From positions 82,216-146,215 of the forward strand of contig JBJHCT010000001.1 in the NCBI GenBank assembly GCA_050486185.1: DNA of 64,000 nt, given 5' to 3'. This DNA is from Candidatus Saccharimonadota bacterium. Its GTDB lineage: Bacteria; Patescibacteriota; Saccharimonadia; QS-5-54-17. The notes below the pieces were generated by a model, which saw nothing but the letters and a program-made list of their open reading frames with translations, ran no database searches and had not been told where the DNA came from. The position numbers and the translations under genes are program-made. Positions within the stretch are counted from its first letter, which is position 1; each line of letters opens with the position of its first letter. Positions 19,917 to 29,422 of this stretch are shown here, piece by piece.

Positions 19917-20777
19917 ATGCAAAACAAAAACACTAAACATACATCTACACATCATGAGCCGGTACTGCTTGAGGCAGTATTGGATCTTCTAAACCCGCAA
20001 CCAGGCGAGTCTTTTATAGATTTAACGGCTGGATACGGCGGGCATGCTAGTCATATCATCAAATCAATTGGTGATGAATCTAAGGCCACACTAGTAGATC
20101 GTGATTTAGAAGCTTTCAGATTCCTAAAAGATAAGTTTGCTAACACCAAAATTATCCATAGTGATTTTCTATCAGCCCTAAATGAAATTGATAATGTAGA
20201 TTTAGTCTTAGTCGATTTAGGCATGTCTTCACCGCAACTTGACAACGCTAATCGTGGTTTTAGTTTCAAGACGGAAGCTCCGCTTGATATGCGCATGGAT
20301 CAAAGTCAAAAGTTGAATGCTTCGGATATAGTTAACCACTATTCCAAAGTTCGTTTAGCCGACTTAATCTATGAATATGGCGAAGAGCACCGTTCTAGAC
20401 AGATAGCAGAAGCTATTATTAATGCTAGACCGATTACTACTACTAAGCATTTAGCTGATGTAGTGGCTAGAGCTTCCAGAAAAGGTAAATCAAAGATTCA
20501 TCCAGCTACCCGCACCTTTCAGGCTTTGCGCATAGCAGTAAATGATGAATTAAATCAGCTTGAGAAAGCACTACCACAGATTGAGCAACTACTTCGTCCA
20601 GGTGGCAGAGTAGCTATCATTAGCTTCCATAGTTTGGAAGATAGGATAGTGAAAAACTTCTTTAGAAGTAGTGAATATCTTGAACCGATCAACAAGAAGG
20701 TAGTTCAAGGTAGAGATCAGGACGTATCTAACCCCCGAGCTCGTAGCGCAAAACTGCGGGTTGCGGTTAAAAAATAA
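19917..20777 (+). CDS. rsmH: 16S rRNA m4C1402 methyltransferase
   Basis: HEPVLL, D.TAGYGGH, DLGMSSPQLD, HPATRTFQALRI, SFHSLED. Confidence 0.97.
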   Translation: MQNKNTKHTSTHHEPVLLEAVLDLLNPQPGESFIDLTAGYGGHASHIIKSIGDESKATLVDRDLEAFRFLKDKFANTKIIHSDFLSALNEIDNVDLVLVDLGMSSPQLDNANRGFSFKTEAPLDMRMDQSQKLNASDIVNHYSKVRLADLIYEYGEEHRSRQIAEAIINARPITTTKHLADVVARASRKGKSKIHPATRTFQALRIAVNDELNQLEKALPQIEQLLRPGGRVAIISFHSLEDRIVKNFFRSSEYLEPINKKVVQGRDQDVSNPRARSAKLRVAVKK

Positions 20778-20798
20778 AAACAAAAAGGAGGTCAGAAA

Positions 20799-20882
20799 AT
20801 GGCTATTAAAGTAAAAGCTTACGGCAGCAATGTTCGTACTCAAAAAGTAGAAATCAAGGTCAGGCAGCTAGTAGCAGCCTAG
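20799..20882 (+). CDS. 27-aa small ORF MAIKVKAYGSNVRTQKVEIKVRQLVAA
   Basis: Strong AAGGAGG SD upstream of ATG; below the ORF-track length cutoff. Confidence 0.55.
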   Translation: MAIKVKAYGSNVRTQKVEIKVRQLVAA

Positions 20883-20983
20883 GTATTTAGGCCTTGATAA
20901 AGAGGGTGGGGATAAAGTAATTTTTCCCCAAGGGAAGCTAAAAACAAAAATAAAAACTAATTTTTCAGGAAACAAAAAATAAA

Positions 20984-21340
20984 ATGTATTATTCACAAAC
21001 CATGGCTCAAAGCCGCAGTAGATCAAAGCCAGCTCGCTTACGTCGTAATCGAGACTTTGGCGGTTTCAAAGCTACTAGTGGTATGGGACCGGTAACTTCA
21101 ACGTTATTCTTAGTAGTAATTGCTTCTGTCTTAGCTCTTTTATACCTAACTCAGATCACCAAGACTAGTGTCTATGGTTATCAAATCAACGAGCTCACTA
21201 GTGAGCAGGCAGCTTTGATAGAGGAACAGCAAGAGCTACGCGTAGAAGCTGCTAGACTGCAGTCAGTTGCTCGTATAGAACGTTCGGAAGTTACTTCAGG
21301 CCTTGAGCCGGAGACGAGCGTTTCCTATGACAACCGCTAG
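20984..21340 (+). CDS. ftsL: FtsL-like cell division protein
   Basis: Single TM + coiled coil, between rsmH and PBP gene. Confidence 0.65.
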   Translation: MYYSQTMAQSRSRSKPARLRRNRDFGGFKATSGMGPVTSTLFLVVIASVLALLYLTQITKTSVYGYQINELTSEQAALIEEQQELRVEAARLQSVARIERSEVTSGLEPETSVSYDNR

Positions 21341-23051
21341 AAACAGTCGAATCACCGTCTTAGCTATAGCTTTTTTAGCTATGGCTTTGTTAACTTTAAG
21401 CCGCTTAGTATATCTACAGATTATTAGACACGATCATTTCAGCGTGCTAGCCGCTCAGACCCATAGTCGTAAATTTGAGATTGCTCCACAACGAGGTCAG
21501 ATATATATCCATGATAGGGGTAGACTGGTACCGATGGCTATGAACCGTAATCTGAAGCTGCTCTATGCCGATACTCGCTATGTTTATGATTTAGATGCGG
21601 TAGTTGCGGGTCTGAAGCAGATACTAGGCGAAGACTATAGAGACAAACTAGAGGCGGCCGATGGCTATGTAGCTTTAGAAGATGATATCGATTATCACAC
21701 TGGTCAGGAGATACAAGCTTTAGGTGTATCAGGTATCGGTTTAAGTGATCAGTACAAGAGAGTCTATCCAGAAGGCTCCTTAGCCGCTCAAGTGCTAGGT
21801 TTTGTTAATCGTGACGGTGAGGGCCAGTATGGTATCGAGGGTTGGTTTGACGGAGTTCTAAAGGGCTCTTTCGGTATGTATGATATGGAGACTGATGCCA
21901 ATGGTATACCGATAGCTACTAGTGACAATATTCAGCTAGAACCAGTACATGGTGATGATGTGGTCTTAACACTAGATCGTAATATCCAGGCCAAAGTAGA
22001 GTCAGCCTTAAAAAAGGGCGTAGAAGGTACTAATGCTAAATCAGCCCACGCAGTAATTATGGATCCAAATAGCGGCAGGATGCTAGCTATGGCCAACTAT
22101 CCGACTTATGATCCTAATAAATATAGTGAGGTTGAGGATTATCGTCGCTTTATCAATGTAGCCTCTTCAGAGTTATTTGAGCCTGGATCAGGTTTCAAAG
22201 TCTTTACAGTAGCGGCCGGCCTAGAAGCTGGCGTTATAGATAAGGATGAGACCTTTGATGATAGTAGCGGTCTAGTGAGAGTGGCAGATGCAGTTATTCG
22301 TAATGCCGGTATACCTCATAGTAGCAATCGTTCTATGACGGAGATTATCACCAACTCAGTCAATACAGGAGCGGTTTATGTGCTAGAGAAGTTCGGTAAC
22401 GGCGAGATAAACCTCACTGCTAGAAGGGGGCTGTATGAGTTTTTTGCTAACCGCTTCAAATTAACTGATTCTACCGGTATCGAGCAATCAGGCGAACCCA
22501 ATATGAGTATGGTAGATCCTGAGAGCGTTGGGCCGGTTAATTATGCCAATATCACTTTCGGACAGGGTATTGCTACCACGATGGTACGGATGGTGGCTTC
22601 TATGGCCGGTATTATTAATGGCGGTGATATCTACAAACCATATCTAGTTGATTACCGTATTCAAAACGATGGGGAAGTGGTAACTACGGAGCCTGAGATT
22701 ATGGCTGAAGGTATAGTATCTTCAGAAACCTCAGAAACTATGAGGGAGATGATGGAGACAGTGGTTACCGATGGGGGAGGCTGGAGTATTAACTGGGCGG
22801 TTCCCAATCACAGCGTAGGGGGCAAGACCGGTACGGCCGAGATACCTGGGCCAGATGGTGGGTATTTGAGAGGTCAATATATAGGCTCTTTCATCGGTTT
22901 TGCACCGGTAGATGAACCCAAATACTTAATGATGGTGCGCATAGATGATCCACGGGCTCCAGGATATGCCGGATCCGCCGCCGCCGCCCCCATATTTGCC
23001 GATATCATGGAGTGGTTGGTGCGTTACGGTGGATTGGAGATGGATAGGTAG
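21327..23051 (+). CDS. ftsI: Class B penicillin-binding protein (FtsI)
   Basis: RGQI, RVYP, EPGSGFK (SxxK), SVN, KTGT. Confidence 0.9.
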   Translation: MTTARNSRITVLAIAFLAMALLTLSRLVYLQIIRHDHFSVLAAQTHSRKFEIAPQRGQIYIHDRGRLVPMAMNRNLKLLYADTRYVYDLDAVVAGLKQILGEDYRDKLEAADGYVALEDDIDYHTGQEIQALGVSGIGLSDQYKRVYPEGSLAAQVLGFVNRDGEGQYGIEGWFDGVLKGSFGMYDMETDANGIPIATSDNIQLEPVHGDDVVLTLDRNIQAKVESALKKGVEGTNAKSAHAVIMDPNSGRMLAMANYPTYDPNKYSEVEDYRRFINVASSELFEPGSGFKVFTVAAGLEAGVIDKDETFDDSSGLVRVADAVIRNAGIPHSSNRSMTEIITNSVNTGAVYVLEKFGNGEINLTARRGLYEFFANRFKLTDSTGIEQSGEPNMSMVDPESVGPVNYANITFGQGIATTMVRMVASMAGIINGGDIYKPYLVDYRIQNDGEVVTTEPEIMAEGIVSSETSETMREMMETVVTDGGGWSINWAVPNHSVGGKTGTAEIPGPDGGYLRGQYIGSFIGFAPVDEPKYLMMVRIDDPRAPGYAGSAAAAPIFADIMEWLVRYGGLEMDR

Positions 23052-23068
23052 TGTTTTAACCAAAATCC

Positions 23069-23101
23069 TTGACACCCCACACACCCAAGGGGTACCATAA
23101 G
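23069..23101 (+). promoter_or_regulatory. Putative sigma70 promoter of Mtd-like gene
   Basis: TTGACA-N18-TACCAT. Confidence 0.5.
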
Positions 23102-23264
23102 AAGTAATATAAAAGAGTGTTTTGACTCGACAAAGTAGGATATAAAAACCAAATATTTTTAATGATTGATTTAGCAGTAAATACCAACAGTAGACACTTA
23201 GTAGTCCAAGACGGAGTCTTATTAGCAGTATTACTGACAAGAATAACATCACAAGGTAACCACT

Positions 23265-24368
23265 ATGCCTGATCAAGTCCAACTCAGAGGTGGCACAGAG
23301 TCTGAAAACGATGCTTTCACAGGTAAACAACGTGAAGTCACAGTCGATACTACTAATAACACTCTCAGAGTTCACGATAACTCTACCCTCGGTGGACATA
23401 AACTAGCTACTACTACTTACGTAGACAGTGAAGTAGACGCCCTTACAACCCAAACCAACCAACAGATCGATAACCTAACTCCAGCAGAACCTGACCAACC
23501 AGGATACGTCTATGTACCAGGTAGCTCTAAACACGGTACCTTGCCAGGCTTCTGGGTTATGAAGTACCCAGCTAAAGATGTCGGTGGTGTACCTACCTCC
23601 CAAGCTGAAGGTACCCCCTGGGCATCTATATCCTGGACTGATACTAAAGTCGCTATAGAGCAGCTAGGACCAGGATATCATCTCATCAATGACTATGAAT
23701 GGATGACAATCGCAGAAAACATAGCTGCAACTCCTATCAACAACCAAGACAGCAGTGGCTTCAAACTAGCTAGAGGTCACTCAGATAATAATCCTAGCAA
23801 TGCCATTGAATCAACTGAAGCAGATGAACCAGTAGTCTCAGGTTGTGACTTGACTAAACCTATGGATGATGTAGCTAATGCCTACCAAGCAGGAGTCTGT
23901 GAGATTAGAGGTGATGGCACTGACTCTAAAGGGTATGTTAATACCGGTAACTCTTGGAGTGAGGCTTGGACTACTTTGGGTGGTGGTCAAGAACAACTCA
24001 GAACCCATGTCCTCTCAAACGGTGAAGTACTGTGGGATATAGCGGGGAATACTTGGGAGTGGACCGATGCTTACGTAGTTGAGGTAGATGAGAAGCCAAC
24101 ACCGGTACAAGACTCTTATAACGACTACACCAATATTACTGACTACAAAGGCTTCTCCTACTTAAGACCCTCTAACCCGAGCTGGACTAGAGCCGATAAC
24201 GGCATAGGTAGTGTCCTCACTCATACTTTTACCGGTACCAGAGCCTTCAGGCGCGGAGGCAGCTGGATCACTGCCTCCCACGCTGGTGTCTTTGCCTTGG
24301 ACCTGGTCTACACGCCGTCGCATACGAACTTGGGCCAAGGTTTTCGTGTTGCTTGGTATGCTTCTTAG
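23265..24368 (+). CDS. Mtd-like protein: Mtd_N-like head + FGE-type C-type lectin domain; putative DGR target
   Basis: N-term QVQLRGGT..ENDAFTG..REVTVDT...LRVHD...GG; FWVMKY, PW.SISW, LI...EW, DIAGNTWEW, RGGSW...AGVFAL.L...PS......GFR. Confidence 0.85.
   Translation: MPDQVQLRGGTESENDAFTGKQREVTVDTTNNTLRVHDNSTLGGHKLATTTYVDSEVDALTTQTNQQIDNLTPAEPDQPGYVYVPGSSKHGTLPGFWVMKYPAKDVGGVPTSQAEGTPWASISWTDTKVAIEQLGPGYHLINDYEWMTIAENIAATPINNQDSSGFKLARGHSDNNPSNAIESTEADEPVVSGCDLTKPMDDVANAYQAGVCEIRGDGTDSKGYVNTGNSWSEAWTTLGGGQEQLRTHVLSNGEVLWDIAGNTWEWTDAYVVEVDEKPTPVQDSYNDYTNITDYKGFSYLRPSNPSWTRADNGIGSVLTHTFTGTRAFRRGGSWITASHAGVFALDLVYTPSHTNLGQGFRVAWYAS
24231..24353 (+). other. Putative DGR variable repeat (VR)
   Basis: Scaffold codons almost A-free; hypervariable slots are NNC/NNT (AGC, ATC, ACT, CAC, GAC, GTC, TAC, CAT, AAC, GGC). 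Confidence 0.75.
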
Positions 24369-24378
24369 ATACTTGGAC

Positions 24379-24411
24379 CTTGGTAAAACCAAGAATGCCA
24401 GGATATACCTG
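24379..24411 (+). other. Hairpins downstream of VR (candidate DGR target-recognition cruciform)
   Basis: CTTGGT-AAA-ACCAAG (24379-24393) and CAGG-ATATA-CCTG (24399-24411). Confidence 0.5.
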
Positions 24412-24483
24412 CTGCTAGGCATAAGGGCGTCTTAAGTGGTATAATTCTCCCTAATAGTTACTAATGTTATAAAATAAATATAT

Positions 24484-25521
24484 ATGCAAAATTTAGATTT
24501 ACTTCAGCTTGAACCAGTCATATTAGATATCACAGTTGCAGCTGTTTTGGCTTTTGTAGTCTCTATATTAATTACTCCTGTATATACCCACCTAGCTTAT
24601 AAATACCAAGCCTGGAAGCGAGTCAAAGATACCGCTATTACCGGTGAAAAGGCCAAAATATTTCATAAACTACATGCTGAGAAGCACAAACGAAACATCC
24701 CTACTATGGCCGGTGTAATTATGGTAGCAGCGATTACTTTTGTAACTGTACTTTTCAACCTCTCAACTGCTCAGACATTGCTACCCCTAGCGGCTTTGAT
24801 AGCTGCCGGTGGGGTGGGGCTAATAGATGACTTTATCAATATCAGGGCGCCATCTAAAGGAATTGCCGGTATGCGCTCTCAGATTAAGTTTATATTGATA
24901 CTAATCATAGCCTTATCTATTAGCTGGTGGGCCTACTCTAAGCTAGAGTACACATCCTTATCAGTGCCCTTCTTTGAGGTATTGCCCCTAGGCTGGCTGA
25001 TAGTGCCGCTGTTTACTTTTGTGATAGTAGCTATCGCTAACGCCGTTAATATCACAGACGGTCTAGACGGGTTAGCTGGAGGGCTGCTATCCATAGTATT
25101 TGCAGTCTATACAGTAATTGCTTTAATGCAGGGCAATATCGGCATAGCTATTTATTGTGCTACGGTAGTTGGATCTATGTTAGCTTACACCTGGTTCAAT
25201 ATCTTTCCGGCCCGGTTCTTTATGGGTGATACCGGTTCATTTGCCCTAGGTACCTCCTTGGGCGTAGTAGCACTTTTGACCGACACAGTTCTGCTTTTGC
25301 CGATTATCGCCGGTATGTTTGTCATAGAGGTTAGTTCATCTAGCCTGCAGATACTATCGAAGAAGTATTTCGGTCGGAAGATATTCATCTCAGCACCCCT
25401 GCACCATCACTTTGAGGCTCAGGGTTGGCCAGAGACCAAAGTGACTATGAGATTTTGGATATTAGGCGCTATGATGGCTATTTTAGGCTTAATCATCGCT
25501 GTCTTGGGTGGCCAGCTCTGA
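24484..25521 (+). CDS. mraY: Phospho-N-acetylmuramoyl-pentapeptide transferase
   Basis: PTMAG, IDD, NAVNITDGLDGL, FMGDTGS, APLHHHFE. Confidence 0.96.
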   Translation: MQNLDLLQLEPVILDITVAAVLAFVVSILITPVYTHLAYKYQAWKRVKDTAITGEKAKIFHKLHAEKHKRNIPTMAGVIMVAAITFVTVLFNLSTAQTLLPLAALIAAGGVGLIDDFINIRAPSKGIAGMRSQIKFILILIIALSISWWAYSKLEYTSLSVPFFEVLPLGWLIVPLFTFVIVAIANAVNITDGLDGLAGGLLSIVFAVYTVIALMQGNIGIAIYCATVVGSMLAYTWFNIFPARFFMGDTGSFALGTSLGVVALLTDTVLLLPIIAGMFVIEVSSSSLQILSKKYFGRKIFISAPLHHHFEAQGWPETKVTMRFWILGAMMAILGLIIAVLGGQL

Positions 25522-25585
25522 TTAGACATAAATCCTTTTTAAGATAAAGTATCGAAAATTTTAAATATAAAAAATCAAAAAACAA

Positions 25586-26812
25586 ATGAGTCCAAACAAA
25601 AATACCAACAAATCATCAGGAGCAGGCCGAACCCGTCGACATCGTAGTGACGTTAGTATTATCCTAATCACTCTAGCACTAGTGATATTTGGCTTAGTGG
25701 TAATTTATGCGGTTAGCCCTATCTTGAGTCACAGAATGTCCGGAGATGTTAATCGCAACTTTTTTGTCTATGGGCAACTGCGCAATATGGCTGCAGCCCT
25801 AGTAGCCTTTTATGTAGCTACTAGAATTAAATGGACTAACTGGCAAGATAAATTATTGCCAATACTGATCATTGCCTCCTCAATATCACTAGCTATGACC
25901 TTTATCCCAGGGTTAGCTATTACTCAAGGAGGTGCTACTCGCTGGGTGGGTATAGGTGATTTTAGCTTTCAGCCTTCAGAGCTAGTGAAATTAACAGTTC
26001 TAGTAGCTTTAGCAGCCTGGTTTGCTAAGTTGAAGTCTGAAGAGTTGAGAGATTACAAGAAGACCTTGTTGCCGGTAGCAATTATCGGTGCTTTAGTGGC
26101 CGGTTTTGTACTAATTCATCAACGAGATATGGGCACAATGATTGTTATCGCTGCTGTTATGATGTCGATATTCTATGCTAGCGGAGTTAGTTTAGTTCAA
26201 GTAGGTATACTGCTTTCAGCAGCAGCAGCCTTTTTTGTTGCTAATATCCTGCTATTTGCTCACCGTATGGAGAGGGTGAAAACCTTCTTTAACCCATCAG
26301 AGTCTTTAGGAGAGAGCGGTTATCATCTACATCAAGCCCTCATAGCTGTAGGCTCAGGCGGTCTATTCGGTCTAGGCTTAGGCAAAAGTATTCAAGTGTA
26401 TGGTTATTTGCCCGAAGCAGCCAACGACTCTATATTTGCCATTATTGCCGAGATGTTTGGCTTTGTTGGAGCCTTGTTGGTAATTGTTCTCTTTGCTTTG
26501 TTGATATATCGGATATTAATTGTAGCTAGAGATGCACCTGATAGTTTTGCTCAGCTTCTAGCAGTAGGAGTAGCTGCTTGGTTGGGTGTTCAAGCTAGTG
26601 TTAATATGATGGCTATGATCGGTATTATACCGTTAACAGGTATACCGCTGCCGTTTGTTAGTTATGGTGGTAGTAGCCTAGTGTTTATGATGATAGCATT
26701 AGGTATAGTAGTAAACATATCACGCTACACTGAAAGGAGCATGGTTAATGCGAATAGTACTAGCCGGCGGAGGCAGCGGCGGACACGTCACACCAGTAGT
26801 AGCCGTAGCTAA
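25586..26812 (+). CDS. ftsW: SEDS glycosyltransferase FtsW
   Basis: GATRW, FQPSE, GSGG, LPEAANDSIF, PLTGIPLPFVSYGGSS. Confidence 0.92.
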   Translation: MSPNKNTNKSSGAGRTRRHRSDVSIILITLALVIFGLVVIYAVSPILSHRMSGDVNRNFFVYGQLRNMAAALVAFYVATRIKWTNWQDKLLPILIIASSISLAMTFIPGLAITQGGATRWVGIGDFSFQPSELVKLTVLVALAAWFAKLKSEELRDYKKTLLPVAIIGALVAGFVLIHQRDMGTMIVIAAVMMSIFYASGVSLVQVGILLSAAAAFFVANILLFAHRMERVKTFFNPSESLGESGYHLHQALIAVGSGGLFGLGLGKSIQVYGYLPEAANDSIFAIIAEMFGFVGALLVIVLFALLIYRILIVARDAPDSFAQLLAVGVAAWLGVQASVNMMAMIGIIPLTGIPLPFVSYGGSSLVFMMIALGIVVNISRYTERSMVNANSTSRRRQRRTRHTSSSRS

Positions 26813-27854
26813 AGCTTTAAAACGGCTTAATCCAGAAGTAGACCTAGAGTTTATAGGTTTAGGTGCTCAGATGGAGCAAGATCTTTTAAAACCTCTTGAT
26901 ATACCTATGCACCGCATTACTTCCGGGAAGTTTCGTCGTTATCCAGGCAGACCTTTATTGGAGAATATTTTTGATCTAAAGATGAAGTATCTTAATATCA
27001 GGGACTTTTTTAAGCTAATTATCGGTATATTGATGAGCTTAAGGCTACTTTGGCGCATTAAACCTGATGTAGTTTTTTGCAAAGGAGGCTTTGCTTCACT
27101 GCCTGTAGGTATAGCGGCTTGGATACTCAAGAAACCTCTAGTGATACATGAATCAGATGCTCACGTAGGTCTAGCTAATCGTATCTTATCTAAATTAACT
27201 AGGTATCGTATTAGCGGCTTTGAAGCTGAAGGATTCTTGGCTCTAGGTAACCCCATTAGAGAAGATTTATTGGTTAATAGCGGCAATGTAGCGATTAACA
27301 GAGATGATTTTGGCATCAGAAGCGATAAGCCGGTAGTTTTAGCTATGGGCGGGTCTTTAGGTTCAACCACTCTGAATGTAGCGGTTGTGGGTCTAGTTAA
27401 ATCTACAGATAAGTATGAGATTATCCATATATCGGGCGAGGGTAAGGCGCTAGATGCAGAAAATATGCCTCATTACCACAATTACACTTTTCTAGGAGAT
27501 CAACTAGCTAGCGCTCTTAATTTAGCCGATGTAGTTATCTCACGTGCCGGCGCTAATACTCTAGTAGAGCTAGCAGCTCTAGGCAAAGCCGCTGTTATAG
27601 TGCCGCATCCTAGTTTGAGCGGTGATCATCAGTACCGCAATGCTAGGTTGATGGCCGACGCTGAAGCAGCAGTTTTACTGCCACAAGACGAATTAAATTA
27701 CAAAAGACTTGATGAAGTGATTACAAAAATTGTTCAAGACCCTACTTACAGGGGTAAATTAGAGAATAATATTAGACGATTTGCCAATCTTACGGCTGCT
27801 GATGATATAGCTAAGGCGGTTTTAGACCCCAAGAAAGCATTTGCTAAGGAGTAA
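26748..27854 (+). CDS. murG: MurG glycosyltransferase
   Basis: GGGSGGHVTP, KGGF, HESD, GNPIR, GGSLG, SRAGA, HQ..NA. Confidence 0.95.
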   Translation: MRIVLAGGGSGGHVTPVVAVAKALKRLNPEVDLEFIGLGAQMEQDLLKPLDIPMHRITSGKFRRYPGRPLLENIFDLKMKYLNIRDFFKLIIGILMSLRLLWRIKPDVVFCKGGFASLPVGIAAWILKKPLVIHESDAHVGLANRILSKLTRYRISGFEAEGFLALGNPIREDLLVNSGNVAINRDDFGIRSDKPVVLAMGGSLGSTTLNVAVVGLVKSTDKYEIIHISGEGKALDAENMPHYHNYTFLGDQLASALNLADVVISRAGANTLVELAALGKAAVIVPHPSLSGDHQYRNARLMADAEAAVLLPQDELNYKRLDEVITKIVQDPTYRGKLENNIRRFANLTAADDIAKAVLDPKKAFAKE

Positions 27855-27857
27855 AAA

Positions 27858-28637
27858 GTGGCTAAAAAAAGACGTGTTAAAAAGAGTAGGGCAGGGGGGT
27901 ATCAAGGCAAATACCACAGTGGCAAAAAACCACTTAAAAAACGCGAAAAAAGCAAGATAACTAGCATATTTGAGTTTTTACTAGTTATATCTCTAGCAGT
28001 TGCTGTCGGGTGGTTCTCTTATATCGATGGGGTAGAGGTTAGGGGTGGCGAGGCTTCCCTACTAGATCAGATACATACTGATGCTGATGACCTACTTGCC
28101 TGGCAGTGGCAGGTAAATGATAGCTCCATAGGGGTGATCGAGTATAACTACAGGGCTAAAATAGCTAGTATCAACTACAGCCGTTCTTGGCTGGATCGCC
28201 AACTTTATTTAGATATCACTCCTAGACAACCCGTACTTATTTGGTCTAGTGGTGATACGGACTATTTAATGGATGAGTTCGGCGTCATTACCGGCTTGCT
28301 ATCAGATGATGAGTCCTTAGAACTACCTAGCATTAAGGATGACGCTAATTTACCGGTAGAGGTTGGTGAACAAGCTACGGTAAGGATATTTGTTGAGTTT
28401 GCCTTAGCTCTGGATGTCAGTGAACGCCTAGATGTAGTTAATATGGGCATTTTAGAGACTACTAGTGAGATATATGCTGATTTAGATGAAGGCTATAGCG
28501 TACGTTTCGCTATAGATGAGGATATAGATCAGCAGATAGATAACGTCAAAAGAGTTCAAGATATAGCAGAGGATAGAGGAGACAGGATTAGAGACTATAT
28601 AGACGTTAGGATACCCTACAAAGCTTACTATAGATAA
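27858..28637 (+). CDS. ftsQ: FtsQ/DivIB-like protein
   Basis: Basic N-terminus, TM, POTRA-like region, C-terminal YIDVR...KAYY. Confidence 0.7.
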   Translation: MAKKRRVKKSRAGGYQGKYHSGKKPLKKREKSKITSIFEFLLVISLAVAVGWFSYIDGVEVRGGEASLLDQIHTDADDLLAWQWQVNDSSIGVIEYNYRAKIASINYSRSWLDRQLYLDITPRQPVLIWSSGDTDYLMDEFGVITGLLSDDESLELPSIKDDANLPVEVGEQATVRIFVEFALALDVSERLDVVNMGILETTSEIYADLDEGYSVRFAIDEDIDQQIDNVKRVQDIAEDRGDRIRDYIDVRIPYKAYYR

Positions 28638-29090
28638 AGACCCTAGGGCTTTGTTTAAAGTTTAATGGGGTGTTAAATGATCGGTACACCTCTTCTCCTC
28701 ACTTCTCTATTCTGTTCGGTTTACGTTCGATAAATATCTATAATAAAAAAGATAACAAAAAACATATTTAAAAACTTAAAGTCAAACATTGTCAAATATA
28801 TAGGGAAAAGAGTAGTAGAGGATAGGAGGGTAGTGTTGTCAAATGCAAACATGACACTATAGCATTTGGTGCTAGGCTGTGGACAAATGATGTAAATTTT
28901 ATGACGTAAGATTATCTAGGTAGCTAGTTGTTAGGCTTAGTAGGCTTAAGAAGTGCTTATATTATATATAAAAGTTTATATGAATGTATTAGGGAGTCTT
29001 ATAAAACATTTATTAGTAAAATCTTAGTAAAACCCCTTAAAGCCCCCTATTAGCAAGGTATCGATAGTCACAAGAGTTATAAAAAACTCT

Positions 29091-29118
29091 ATGTCGCAAA
29101 AGGTACATTGTGCGACGT
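29091..29118. other. Putative dif-like Xer recombination site
   Basis: ATGTCGCAAAA-GGTACA-TTGTGCGACGT, 11-6-11 imperfect palindrome in gene-free gap where gene orientation converges. Confidence 0.7.
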
Positions 29119-29422
29119 AGTGTCTATATCAAAGTAGGGACCACTCTATCACCAAATGTCTATGTAATTTTTTATTTTAAAACGTTTGTTACTACATTCC
29201 TCTAAATTTTGTTTGTCTCTAATTTATTTTTCACACACTTTCCTAGCTCACGTGTGTCTATGTATTGGTATTTGCCTAAATTTAATTAATCTTTAATTAT
29301 TGGTTAATTTGCGATGGATTCTATATTTTAGCTGTATTAGTTAATTACGTACAAAAAACGAACATAATTAATTTCAGTGTAAATTGATCGTTAATAAAAG
29401 AGAGAAGTGCAAGTTGATGTGT

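Noticed and set aside
20799-20882. tmRNA tag reading frame
   Set aside because: Has an SD and ATG and no tRNA-like ends were seen; treated as a small ORF.
28638-29422. oriC (AT-rich gap with one DnaA-box-like TGTGGACAA at ~28878)
   Set aside because: Only a single degenerate box, no dnaA/dnaN, and genes converge on the gap rather than diverge, which fits a terminus.
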